Source of the DNA: Terriglobia bacterium
GTDB taxonomy: Bacteria; Acidobacteriota; Terriglobia; 2-12-FULL-54-10
NCBI GenBank assembly: GCA_963666975.2
Contig: CAXVYR010000004.1
Location: 1,152,001-1,216,000, forward strand
Reading direction: 5' to 3'
DNA length: 64,000 nt
Position numbers and translations under genes: made by a program. Shown piece by piece: positions 10,242 to 19,321 of this stretch (positions are counted from its first letter, which is position 1; each line of letters starts with the position of its first letter). The notes under the pieces are model-generated. The model was not told the DNA's origin and ran no database searches. It saw only the letters and a program-made list of their open reading frames with translations.

Positions 10242-11334
10242 CCGAATAGTATTCGCGAACTTGATCACGCGTCCCGTGCGGACGCTGGTAGCGGTGATAG
10301 CCGTGGCGGTGGAGGTTGTCCTGATTCTGATGGTGGTGGGACTCACCAGCGGCCTGCTGGAGGAGGTGGCCAAGCGCACGCAAGGAGTCGGCGCCGACAT
10401 CATGGTGCAGCCGCAGACCACTTCCCTTTTCATGGGATTCACCGGAGCGCCCATGCCCATTCAGATCCGGGACCGGCTGGCCCAGGTGCCGCAGGTCGAG
10501 GCGGTGGCCCCTGTCATGTTGCAGATGAGTTCCGTCGGCGGCGTCAATTTGATTTACGGAATCGACGTGGAGAGTTTTGACCAGGTCACCGGCGGCTTCC
10601 GGTTTCTGGAGGGAAGCGGCCTGGAGCAACCCGGCGATGTGCTGGTCGATGACATCTTCGCCCGCTCCCAGGGTCTGCATGCGGGCGAGAACCTGGAGCT
10701 GCTGAATCACACTTTGCGGCTGGCGGGCATTGTAGAACACGGCAAAGGCGCGCGCATCTTTATGAAAATCGATGCGCTGCAGGAGATGATGGGAAGCGCG
10801 GGCAAAGCCTCCGTCTTTTTCGTCAAGTTGAGCGACCCGAACCATACGGGTAACGTCCTGGCGCAATTTCGGGAAATCCTGCCGAACTATCAACTGCGCG
10901 ACATGAGAGAATACCTGTCGCTGATGACCTCCAGCAACATTCCGGGGCTCGGCAATTTTATCAACGTGATGATCGGGCTGGCCGTCTCCATCGGACTTTT
11001 GGTGATCTTCATTTCCATCTATTCCACCGTCGTAGAGCGGACGCGGGAAATCGGAATTCTCAAGTCGATGGGCGCCTCCAAGACATACATCGTGAACTTG
11101 GTGCTTCGGGAAACCACCTTGCTGACGGTCTTGGGTATCGGGTCCGGCATCGGACTCAGCTACCTGGTGCGCAGCCTGATCGTGCATACTTTCCCAACCA
11201 TGACTATCTTGCTTACGGGGGAATGGATGTTGCGGGCCGGCCTGATTGCCATGGTGACCAGCCTGCTGGGCGCCAGCTATCCCGCCCTCAAGGCAACACA
11301 GCAAGATGCGATTCAGGCCCTCGCCTACGAGTGA
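10234..11334 (+). CDS. ABC transporter permease, FtsX/MacB/LolE family
   Basis: One N-terminal TM, periplasmic domain, ERTREIGILKSMGA motif, three C-terminal TMs, ALAYE end. Confidence 0.9.
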   Translation: MVNRIVFANLITRPVRTLVAVIAVAVEVVLILMVVGLTSGLLEEVAKRTQGVGADIMVQPQTTSLFMGFTGAPMPIQIRDRLAQVPQVEAVAPVMLQMSSVGGVNLIYGIDVESFDQVTGGFRFLEGSGLEQPGDVLVDDIFARSQGLHAGENLELLNHTLRLAGIVEHGKGARIFMKIDALQEMMGSAGKASVFFVKLSDPNHTGNVLAQFREILPNYQLRDMREYLSLMTSSNIPGLGNFINVMIGLAVSIGLLVIFISIYSTVVERTREIGILKSMGASKTYIVNLVLRETTLLTVLGIGSGIGLSYLVRSLIVHTFPTMTILLTGEWMLRAGLIAMVTSLLGASYPALKATQQDAIQALAYE

Positions 11335-11384
11335 TCTTTTTCGATAGCGGCCCTGTCACCGCTGCCATGGCATATTGACGGTTC

Positions 11385-12062
11385 ATGAGTGAAATGATTC
11401 AAGTAGAAAACCTTCGGAAGATTTACCGCCTCGGCAGCGTCGACGTGCCTGCGTTGCGGGGGGTGAACCTCAGCGTCAAGGGAGGGGAGTTCGTGAGCAT
11501 CGTGGGCCCCTCCGGATGCGGAAAATCCACCCTCCTCTATGTGATCGGCGGCCTCACGGGACCCACCTCCGGCAGAGTGATTCTGGATGGCGTGGACCTG
11601 GGAGAACTGAAGGAGGGACAACGAACCGAGCTTCGGAAACAAAAAATCGGCTTCATCTTCCAGCGTTTTAACCTGCTTCCCACCCTGACGGCCTTCGGCA
11701 ATATCGCCCTGGCGAGCGATATCGCGGGCACGCTCAACGGCACGACGCGACACGAGATGACTGAAGTGGTCCAAATGCTGGGACTGCAGGACCGCCTGAA
11801 GCACCGTCCCGGCGAGCTCTCCGGAGGCGAACAGCAAAGGGTCGCCATCGCGCGCGCCGTGGTCAACCGCCCCAAAATCCTGCTGGCCGACGAGCCCACC
11901 GGCAACCTGGATACGCAAAACTCCGAGCTGGTGCTGAACATGCTCAAGGAGTTGAACCACAAATTCGGGCAAACCATCCTGATGATTACCCACAATCCGG
12001 AAGTCGCCACCTACAGCGACCGAATCGTGAACATGAGGGACGGGCACGTCCTCGACCATTAA
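11385..12062 (+). CDS. ABC transporter ATP-binding protein, LolD/MacB-like
   Basis: GPSGCGKS Walker [26 protein letters not shown]. Confidence 0.95.
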   Translation: MSEMIQVENLRKIYRLGSVDVPALRGVNLSVKGGEFVSIVGPSGCGKSTLLYVIGGLTGPTSGRVILDGVDLGELKEGQRTELRKQKIGFIFQRFNLLPTLTAFGNIALASDIAGTLNGTTRHEMTEVVQMLGLQDRLKHRPGELSGGEQQRVAIARAVVNRPKILLADEPTGNLDTQNSELVLNMLKELNHKFGQTILMITHNPEVATYSDRIVNMRDGHVLDH

Positions 12063-12190
12063 CCCAGAACCTATAACAGCGTCCCTTAGCGGCAACCATG
12101 GAAGCCGGAGCATTCCGGAGGACCGGCCGGGGGTCTTCCCTCCGGGTTCTCGCTCTGCCTCTACCCAAAGGACGCTTCTTCGCGTAAACT

Positions 12191-12571
12191 GTGGCTATGC
12201 TGAGGAAACTAGGCCGGGCCATCTACCGGGGAGTCTTTTGGGCGCATATTCGCGGAAGCTGGCAGTACGACATCATGGCCATTCTGATCCTGGCCTTTAT
12301 CTTCCTGACACCCCGCCACTGGTTCGACGACAGACCGGTCCCCGCCACGGAGCCGGCCTCTGACGTAGTGCTTCTGGAAAACGGCGCGACGCACAAGGTC
12401 TATCAGCTCCGCGCCGCCTTGCTCAATCCCCTGGCGGACCGCACGCTGGAGCAAAGCGCGCTGCAGTTTTTGCGAGACTATACAGGAAAGGCACTGGAAA
12501 TTACCCGGATTGAGCCAACCCGGGACTCTCAAGGACAGGTGGTCAGCTATGCCGTTTGGGTGCGAGAGTAA
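12191..12571 (+). CDS. Small membrane-anchored hypothetical protein
   Basis: RGSWQYDI followed by a TM segment and FLTP; co-oriented inside the operon. Confidence 0.7.
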   Translation: MAMLRKLGRAIYRGVFWAHIRGSWQYDIMAILILAFIFLTPRHWFDDRPVPATEPASDVVLLENGATHKVYQLRAALLNPLADRTLEQSALQFLRDYTGKALEITRIEPTRDSQGQVVSYAVWVRE

Positions 12572-13358
12572 AACAGCACGGAGTACATTCCTGCGGTTTG
12601 CGCTTCCGGCAACGGTTTGGATGGGTGCAGTTTGGATAGGCGCAGTTTGGATAGGATTGTTGCTCGGGAGCTTTTCCCCGGCGAGGGCATCCAGCCATCG
12701 CCATTCCTCGGAAAACGAATCGCCGGCGGGTGTGGGGAAGCTTGCGAAAGTGCTTTCCGGCATGGACCGGGCCGCGGCCAATTTTTCCAGCATGGCCGGG
12801 CACCTGGACTACACCAAAGTAACCGTGATCGTCGATGACCACTCCACCGAGAGCGGCGATATCTTTTTCGAGAAGTCGAAGGGTCAAACCCGGGTCATGA
12901 TCGCTTTTCGGGAGCCTGCGGAAAAATATGCCCTCTTCGCCGACGGAAAAGTTTTCTTGTACCAGCCGAAAATCGCGCAAGTTCAGGAGTATCAACTCTC
13001 GAACCGGCAGGACCTGCTGGAGCAATTTCTACTGCTGGGATTCGGCACGGGCGGCGAGGAAATACAACAAGCCTATCGCATCTCTTATCTTGGTGAAGAG
13101 ATGCTCGACGGCCAACAAGCCTACCATCTGGAGCTGCTGCCGAACTCCGCCAAGGTCTCCACTCAACTGGACCGCATCGAGCTTTGGATATCACCGGAAA
13201 GCTGGCAGCCCTTGCAGCAAAAGTTCTTTGAGCCGAGCGGCGACTATCTGATCGCCCGCTATACCGCCGTAACAGTGAATGGAAAGCTGCCGGGGAAAAC
13301 TTTCCGCCTGCCGATCCAAGGGAAAGTCCAAACCATCCGGCCTCAGAACCCCGAATAA
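12510..13358 (+). CDS. Outer-membrane lipoprotein carrier LolA-like protein (true start probably near 12621)
   Basis: Signal peptide ending ARA; ESGDIFF, DGKVFLYQP, YHLELLP and IELWI strand pattern of the LolA fold. Confidence 0.75.
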   Translation: MSQPGTLKDRWSAMPFGCESKTARSTFLRFALPATVWMGAVWIGAVWIGLLLGSFSPARASSHRHSSENESPAGVGKLAKVLSGMDRAAANFSSMAGHLDYTKVTVIVDDHSTESGDIFFEKSKGQTRVMIAFREPAEKYALFADGKVFLYQPKIAQVQEYQLSNRQDLLEQFLLLGFGTGGEEIQQAYRISYLGEEMLDGQQAYHLELLPNSAKVSTQLDRIELWISPESWQPLQQKFFEPSGDYLIARYTAVTVNGKLPGKTFRLPIQGKVQTIRPQNPE

Positions 13359-13397
13359 ACTTTTTCATCGCCTGCTGCTCCCGTTCCCATTTTCCGC

Positions 13398-13445
13398 TTG
13401 ACGGTGATCGTCGGCCCGTATATAGTTAACCATATGGTTAACTAT
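13398..13445 (+). promoter_or_regulatory. Sigma70 promoter plus 24-bp palindromic operator of the ArsR operon (likely leaderless transcript)
   Basis: TTGACG(13398)-17 nt-TATAGT(13421); perfect palindrome ATAGTTAACCAT/ATGGTTAACTAT at 13422-13445 covers the -10 and the ATG at 13434. Confidence 0.85.
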
Positions 13446-13883
13446 TCTCCAGGCTCGCTGGACGGAACTTTTGCCGCTCTGTCCGATCCGACACGCCGGG
13501 CCATCCTGGCCCGGCTGGCGCAAGGCGATGCATCCGTAACGGAACTGGCGGAGCCGTTCGACGTTTCCCTTCCCGCGATTCTGAAGCATCTCGCCGTGCT
13601 GAGGAACGCCGGGCTCCTCACCCGCCGCAAAGAGGGAAGGATGCAGCGTTGCCGGCTTGCTGCCCGTCCATTGAGGAATGCAGCCGGATGGCTTGCCCGT
13701 TACCGGCTCTTCTGGGAAAAGCAATTCGACTCGCTCGCCCGATATCTGGCAGAATCCAAAAAGGAGGAAGAATTTTCATGGCAACCCCGCAAGCCACACC
13801 CGAAACCACTCTCACGATCCGCAGGACATTCCAGGCCCCGCGCGAAAAAGTCTTCCATGCCTGGATGGACCCGGAAACACTGA
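13434..13883 (+). CDS. ArsR/SmtB family transcriptional regulator
   Basis: FAALSDPTRRAIL, VTELAEPF, KHLAVL..AGL motifs. Confidence 0.93.
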   Translation: MVNYSPGSLDGTFAALSDPTRRAILARLAQGDASVTELAEPFDVSLPAILKHLAVLRNAGLLTRRKEGRMQRCRLAARPLRNAAGWLARYRLFWEKQFDSLARYLAESKKEEEFSWQPRKPHPKPLSRSAGHSRPRAKKSSMPGWTRKH

Positions 13884-14227
13884 AGAAGTGGTGGGCACCG
13901 GAAGGATATGGAACGCCGGAAGCCGAAGTGGATTTGCGCGTGGGCGGACGGTACCGGCTGGGCATGAGGAAGCTCCCGGACGGAGAAGTCTTCTATCTTT
14001 CCGGCGCCTTCCGCGAAATCTCTCCCCCGGAACGGTTGGTGTACACATGGGCCTGGGAGCAAGCCTCTATGGATGTGGGGGAAACGCTGGTGACTATTGA
14101 ATTCCGCGAAGCGGGCCCGTCCACGGAGGTTATTTTAAAACACGAACTCTTCCCCGATGAGGCAGTGAGAGAGCATCACAATCAGGGATGGAACGGCTGT
14201 CTGGATAAACTGGCCAAACTCCTGTGA
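13778..14227 (+). CDS. SRPBCC/AHSA1 (START-like) domain protein
   Basis: APREKVFHAW, DLRVGGRYR, PPERLVYTW and GWNGCLDKL motifs; AAGGAGG RBS. Confidence 0.92.
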   Translation: MATPQATPETTLTIRRTFQAPREKVFHAWMDPETLKKWWAPEGYGTPEAEVDLRVGGRYRLGMRKLPDGEVFYLSGAFREISPPERLVYTWAWEQASMDVGETLVTIEFREAGPSTEVILKHELFPDEAVREHHNQGWNGCLDKLAKLL

Positions 14228-14272
14228 AGCTTCATTGATGGTACTCAGCAAGGAAAACTCTGTGAGGAAAAA

Positions 14273-14977
14273 ATGCCGGGCAAATTTCATGACAAAACCT
14301 TTCCAGGCGAAAGCAGGAAATACCGGGCCGTGCGCGACCATCTCCTTGCCGAGGAAGTGAAGCTGCGCCGCCAATTACAGGCAGTCGCGGCCTTGCGCAG
14401 GAAGTTGCCGCTGGGAGGAAAACTGAAAGAAGACTATCTGTTTGAGGAGGGCGGGGCCGATTTACGCGACCAAAAGAAGGCTCATCGCATCAGCTTTTCA
14501 AAGCTATTTGAAAAAGGCAAAGGAAGCTTAATCGTTTACAGCTTCATGTACTCTCCGGATGCAAAAACGCCGTGTCCGATGTGCACCTCGCTGCTCGACA
14601 GCCTGAACGGCGCCGCCCCGCATGTCCGGGACCGTGTCAATCTCGTCGTCGTCGCCAAAGCTCCGATTCAAAAAATCCGCCGCTGGGCGAAGAGCCGGAG
14701 ATGGCAGAACCTCAGGCTGCTGTCATCGGGGGCTAACACCTACAACTCCGATTATTTTGCGGAAGCGCCCAACGGCTCCCAGATGCCCGCGCTCAACGTC
14801 TTCCGCAAGACCAAAGGCGGCATTTATCACTGGTATAATGCCGAACTGTTTTACACCACCCCTGAAAAGGGGCAACATCCCCGGCACCTGGATATGATCT
14901 GGCCAATGTGGAACCTGTTCGACTTCACTCCGGAAGGCCGCGGGGAAAATTGGTATCCCAAATTTTCCTATGACTAG
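14273..14977 (+). CDS. DUF899 family thioredoxin-like protein
   Basis: RRKLPLGG, CPMC motif, WNLFDFTPEGR C-terminus. Confidence 0.88.
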   Translation: MPGKFHDKTFPGESRKYRAVRDHLLAEEVKLRRQLQAVAALRRKLPLGGKLKEDYLFEEGGADLRDQKKAHRISFSKLFEKGKGSLIVYSFMYSPDAKTPCPMCTSLLDSLNGAAPHVRDRVNLVVVAKAPIQKIRRWAKSRRWQNLRLLSSGANTYNSDYFAEAPNGSQMPALNVFRKTKGGIYHWYNAELFYTTPEKGQHPRHLDMIWPMWNLFDFTPEGRGENWYPKFSYD

Positions 14978-15008
14978 AGCGTTTTACTACTGCTGTATCC
15001 TCCCTGGC

Positions 15009-15095
15009 TGTCATCCCGAGCGCAGCGAGGGATCTGCTTTTCTCTCTTCGGAACGACCCACCGCTTGGAGGAAAAACAGATCCCTCAGGATGACA
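15009..15095. repeat. REP-like palindromic element
   Basis: TGTCATCC...GGATGACA outer and GAGGGATCTG...CAGATCCCTC inner inverted repeats. Confidence 0.75.
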
Positions 15096-15185
15096 TACTC
15101 AGAGGCGCGGTGCAGGATACAGCAACAGGAAAACCGCTCTACACGTTTTCCTACGACTAACTATGACTAAAAGGAGAAAATCATT

Positions 15186-15686
15186 ATGGCGCGCATGATC
15201 GATCCATTGCTGGCGGAGATGGAGCAGGAAGCCGAGACGACCAAGCGGGTGCTCGAAAGGGTTCCGAACGACAAGCTAAGCTGGAAGCCTCACCCGAAGT
15301 CGATGTCGCTGGGCCAACTGGCCCTGCACGTCGCCACGATTCCGGGTTCCGTCTCAGAACTTCTCGCCGAGGACGTTTTTGAGTTTCCTGAACGCACGCA
15401 GCCTGCGGCCAACTCTGCTGCCGAACTGATCCCGGCGCTGGAGGAAAGTATTAAAACCGCCAAACGGGTGGCGGGCGGCTTCGACGACAAAAAAGCCATG
15501 GGGACATGGAAGCTGGTGAAGGACGGCAAAGAGATCATAGCGGCGCCGCGCATCGCGCTGCTCAGGTCCTTTATGCTGAACCATTGGTTCCACCACCGGG
15601 GCCAGCTTTCGGTTTACCTGCGCTTGCTCGATGTTCCTGTGCCTTCGATCTACGGCCCGAGCGCCGATGAAAATCCGTTTGAGTAG
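15186..15686 (+). CDS. DinB family protein
   Basis: WKPHPKSMSLGQLALH and NHWFHHRGQLSVYLRLL..PSIYGPSADE motifs; AAGGAG RBS. Confidence 0.92.
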   Translation: MARMIDPLLAEMEQEAETTKRVLERVPNDKLSWKPHPKSMSLGQLALHVATIPGSVSELLAEDVFEFPERTQPAANSAAELIPALEESIKTAKRVAGGFDDKKAMGTWKLVKDGKEIIAAPRIALLRSFMLNHWFHHRGQLSVYLRLLDVPVPSIYGPSADENPFE

Positions 15687-15790
15687 AAGGCAGGAGACAG
15701 AAGCCAGCAGTCAGAAATCAGAAGAAAACATGGTTACTGCCTGAATGCTTTTCTCTCGATGTCGAAAGCTGATGTTGGAAGTTAACGTTC

Positions 15791-15807
15791 GCGGCTGACC
15801 AGCCGCC
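15791..15807 (-). promoter_or_regulatory. Candidate bacterial SECIS element
   Basis: UGA + 11 nt + GGCGGCU-GGUC-AGCCGC hairpin; same spacing and loop as E. coli fdhF SECIS. Confidence 0.7.
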
Positions 15808-15809
15808 TT

Positions 15810-15998
15810 CTACCGCGCTCAGGTAAACCGACTGGAAGCCGATGTCCCGCATCCGCCGGTGGAAAAGGCCGAAAGCATCCGCTCGACCTCCTCAGAGTTG
15901 CATCCAGGGCAATTCATCTCCCTGTCGGCATCCTGCATCCGGCGCAACTTTTCAAAGCTGGTGCCGCAGCAACGGCACTGGTATTCATAGAGTGGCAT
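15810..15998 (-). CDS. FmdB-family zinc-ribbon protein, candidate C-terminal selenocysteine (59 aa to TGA at 15819-15821; 62 aa if read through to TAG)
   Basis: Hand translation, absent from ORF track: MPLYEYQCRCCGTSFEKL...CPGC...SAFSTGGCGTSASSRFT-TGA-GCG-CGG-TAG; TATAAT 6 nt before ATG (leaderless). Confidence 0.88.
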
Positions 15999-16322
15999 AC
16001 TTTAATTATAATACAAAGACGGGAAATCTGAGCCGCCATAACGCTGGCGTGATACACATAGCGGCTACCTTCATCGCCACCCGGGCAAACGGCAGGAGTC
16101 CGACCTCATGCGTTTTCCCTCCTGCCTCTCTGGCAAACACTATCATCGCTTCTCTGTCCTTACCTATTGCAACAACGTATCGAGGATGTCAACAGAGCCA
16201 CACAGACTCTACAGTCCCGCTCCTTCCCTGGATGCCCAATAAGCCGCCTGAAGTTCATTCTGGCACTCTGTCATAAGTTTATCGTCGGGAGGAGCATTGC
16301 GGCCGAATTCAGACAAAAGCTG

Positions 16323-18482
16323 CTAGGCAAGGGGAAGAGGACTGCGGCTCAGGCTGAGGAGCACCGCTTTGCGCACAGCATGGATCTTGCTGCCATCCGG
16401 CAGAATCCTCCCGAGCGCCGTCACAGCGTTCTTGGCAGGAATAGCGCCCAGCACCATGACGACTTTTTCTAATATGGGCGTTTTGTCGCTGCTTCCCTCA
16501 AAGATAAATTGCTCCAGAGGAGCAACCGTTGCGGGATCTTTCCGAAAGATCAATTCATCCAGTGCGACCTCCTGCAAATGCACCTGCAGAGACGGCAAGG
16601 CTTTGGCCAGCATCTCCCCAAGACCGGGAGCATGGCTTTTTATCATGGATGTGACCGCCGCTTGTTGCACCCTGGCGTCTGGATGGCAAAGAGCTCCTAT
16701 CAATTGCTGGGGGAGTTCCTGGTCGCCCAGGTCTCCCAAAACGTAGCAGGCGTTCCGCACCACGTACCAGCGTTCATCGCTCAGTCTCTTTCGTGTCGGC
16801 TCGATGGAGTGGGAGCCGAGTTGCCCGGTCAGGCGGATCAACCGCATGCGGTTGGCGGCTGAGGGTTCCTCCTCGATCCGCTGGAAGGCGGCCTCCGCCC
16901 CCTGCGCTCCCGCCCACTTCAGCAAGGAAGTCACCGTCCGGAGCCAGCCGGGGTCGTCGCGCTTCTGAAGATACAATTCGATCAAACGCTCAATGGAGGC
17001 CGGCGTGAGCAGGTTTTCCAGAGCCTTGCCGCAACACTCCGCGTGTTGCGCGCGGTCTGTTGCGAGAGAGCGCTCCAGATCCATCCCGATCTGGCGGACC
17101 GCCTCGAAATCTTCGTACAGGGCCATAACCTGCACCGCGCCCGTCAGGCAGTTCGCCACGTACGGGTGGCACTGCCAATCCATTTGCTTCGGCTCCAGCA
17201 GTTCTCTGCCCAAGCGGGCGGCAACCGTGTGCAGAAATTCGAGAGTCTGGAGGCTCGATAGGGCGCGGAGAAGCTCCGGCGCTCTGGTCAGTTCCTTGAT
17301 CCGGGTATCAGGCGAAGCCGCCTCCAGCAACGAGAAGTAGTGCCCGGCGACCTCGGTAACCTCGCCGAAGTTTCCCTCGTTTCGCATCTCTTCCGTGTAC
17401 TGGACAAGATACCGGAATTCCTGGCTGCTGAAGCGTTGCAAGCTCATCAGGTGAGCATGCTTCTCCTCCGGGGAGAGCGAAAACCACATCAGTTCGTTCC
17501 GGATGCGATCTGTGACCTCTGCCGACAGGTTCGCCGCCTCGAAAAACTGCGATAACTTCAGCAGGAAACGCTGCGCCATCCGCGTGGTCTGCATAGCTCG
17601 CGTCAGGACTCGGATCACTTCTTCTTCCACAGCCGCCCCTGCGGGAGCGGCGGATAATCGCTGCACCGACCACTCGACGGCCATATCTTCCGCCAGATCG
17701 GAGGCCACTTCCTGCGGGGAGCGGCCGCGCAACTCGTTCTGCTTGCCGACGGGCAGCAAGGAAATCAGGGAATCCGGTTTGACCTCTTCGAGCAGGCGGG
17801 CCAAAGCCAGCACTGTTTCGCCGGGATTCCGCTCCGGGTCCGCCCAGGCGGCCTGGATGGCTTTGGTTGCCAGGTCGTAGATCTCGCCGGTGCTCCCGGC
17901 AAAACCGGACGGCTTTTCCATTCCCGCCGACTGGAGAAGCATCTCCAGACCCAAACCGGATACGCCGGTTCCGGGCTGCGGCGGCAGGATTGCCTGCGCC
18001 ATCAGGTAGGACTGGGCGTCCATTTCCAGCACCGTGTCCTCGTCCGGGCCTCCTTTCCTTCCTGCCGGCAAAACCTGCATTCCCTCGATGGGATTTCGAT
18101 TCAGCAACGCCTTGATCCCGCCATTTTGTTCAATGGCTTCTGGTTTTGTGGAGAGAAGCCCCAACCCTCGCCTGAACTCCTTAAAAGTGATCCCCGCCGA
18201 AAAGCAGACGGCTGCAATGCCCCGCTTGGAGAACTCAACCTCCATAGGAGCCAGAGAGTTGTCGGATGTGAGGATGTTATTGAGCAGGACGCGCTGATTC
18301 AGGAAGCCGAGGGTAAATCGCGTGGTTTCCTTCAGCAGCGGGTTCAGCGAGGCGTAAGTTTGCTGTAAGGGCCTCTCTGCCGCGGGGTGCTCCGCCGAAT
18401 ACAGGAGCGCGATCTTATAAGCCCTCTGCAGGGAACGCCCCAGTGCCAAACCCTGTGCCTTTAATTGTTTTTTGTCGATCAT
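16323..18482 (-). CDS. Large HEAT-repeat protein; frame continues 37 codons past the TAG to 16209
   Basis: LSDERWYVVRNACYVLG and HPDARVQQAA HEAT units; N-terminal LYSAEHP motif. Confidence 0.8.
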   Translation of the reverse strand: MIDKKQLKAQGLALGRSLQRAYKIALLYSAEHPAAERPLQQTYASLNPLLKETTRFTLGFLNQRVLLNNILTSDNSLAPMEVEFSKRGIAAVCFSAGITFKEFRRGLGLLSTKPEAIEQNGGIKALLNRNPIEGMQVLPAGRKGGPDEDTVLEMDAQSYLMAQAILPPQPGTGVSGLGLEMLLQSAGMEKPSGFAGSTGEIYDLATKAIQAAWADPERNPGETVLALARLLEEVKPDSLISLLPVGKQNELRGRSPQEVASDLAEDMAVEWSVQRLSAAPAGAAVEEEVIRVLTRAMQTTRMAQRFLLKLSQFFEAANLSAEVTDRIRNELMWFSLSPEEKHAHLMSLQRFSSQEFRYLVQYTEEMRNEGNFGEVTEVAGHYFSLLEAASPDTRIKELTRAPELLRALSSLQTLEFLHTVAARLGRELLEPKQMDWQCHPYVANCLTGAVQVMALYEDFEAVRQIGMDLERSLATDRAQHAECCGKALENLLTPASIERLIELYLQKRDDPGWLRTVTSLLKWAGAQGAEAAFQRIEEEPSAANRMRLIRLTGQLGSHSIEPTRKRLSDERWYVVRNACYVLGDLGDQELPQQLIGALCHPDARVQQAAVTSMIKSHAPGLGEMLAKALPSLQVHLQEVALDELIFRKDPATVAPLEQFIFEGSSDKTPILEKVVMVLGAIPAKNAVTALGRILPDGSKIHAVRKAVLLSLSRSPLPLA

Positions 18483-18534
18483 AGACGATAGACGGATGCT
18501 AATTACACGAATTCCCTTACAGACAAGGAACGAT

Positions 18535-18590
18535 CATTATTGGATTTTACTGCATAGCCATTATTGGATTTTACTGCATAGGGGGGGGGG
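18535..18590. repeat. 23-bp tandem direct repeat followed by G10 tract
   Basis: CATTATTGGATTTTACTGCATAG at 18535-18557 and 18559-18581; G run 18581-18590. Confidence 0.9.
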
Positions 18591-18677
18591 CCTGCCAAAT
18601 ATACAGTACTGTGGTTGTGGCTCCAACTATTTTCTGTGTGCGGATTCAATCAAGTTCAGGATTGGTGAATACAGAAA

Positions 18678-18959
18678 CTAAAGCGGTTTGCAACGAATGC
18701 TGGTGGGAGGCGACTGTGAACAGCGAAAGCTCTCTGCCCGGTTTCCGGCCAGGACGGAGCAGGCGTTGTCCTTGGCGGTCTGGATCGCCAGCTGTTCATC
18801 TTCTGCTTTTACAGTCATGCAATTGGTCTTCCCGTCGATCTCGACGCAAACCTCGCATTCATACTGCCGCATGCCCATGGTCTGAAAGATAATCGCAAGC
18901 AGAAACAGCACTCCAAATACGATCCCAACCAGCGTTCCTTTTGAGAGAGGTGGCTTCAT
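18678..18959 (-). CDS. Small membrane-anchored Cys-rich protein (93 aa)
   Basis: Basic N-terminus, one TM, then CEVC plus four more Cys. Confidence 0.7.
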   Translation of the reverse strand: MKPPLSKGTLVGIVFGVLFLLAIIFQTMGMRQYECEVCVEIDGKTNCMTVKAEDEQLAIQTAKDNACSVLAGNRAESFRCSQSPPTSIRCKPL

Positions 18960-19321
18960 CTGTTCCAACACTCGACGGTCATTGATGCGAGCAAGACACC
19001 CTGCGTTTTCACAGCGCTTGGGCCGCTGCAAACAGGCTCAGGCTAGCACAGTTGGCGGGATCGCGGCAATGTGTTGGCAGCGTGATCTTCCCCGGTTGCT
19101 TGCCAACGCCGGGCCTGTTTCCTGCATCCAATGGAATTGATTTGGAAAGATGCCTCTTTCTCCACTATGATCGTGTAAATGGGAAGACAGGGCGGACAGC
19201 CCTTTCCTTCGATAGGGTTGCAACGGAAGGCAGGGTTGCCGCAGGCGATCACCAATCCGGTGCGGATGCGGGGTCGGGGCCTTCACTCAAAACGGAAGCA
19301 TGAAAATGAAAGGGTTCTAGC

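Noticed and set aside
14225-14275. TGA of the SRPBCC gene is in frame with DUF899 through 15 open codons (possible readthrough fusion)
   Set aside because: The SRPBCC domain is complete at the stop, DUF899 has its own GAGG RBS and ATG, and no hairpin follows the UGA.
15842-16276. 144-aa plus-strand ORF
   Set aside because: No motifs; overlaps the real minus-strand FmdB-type gene.
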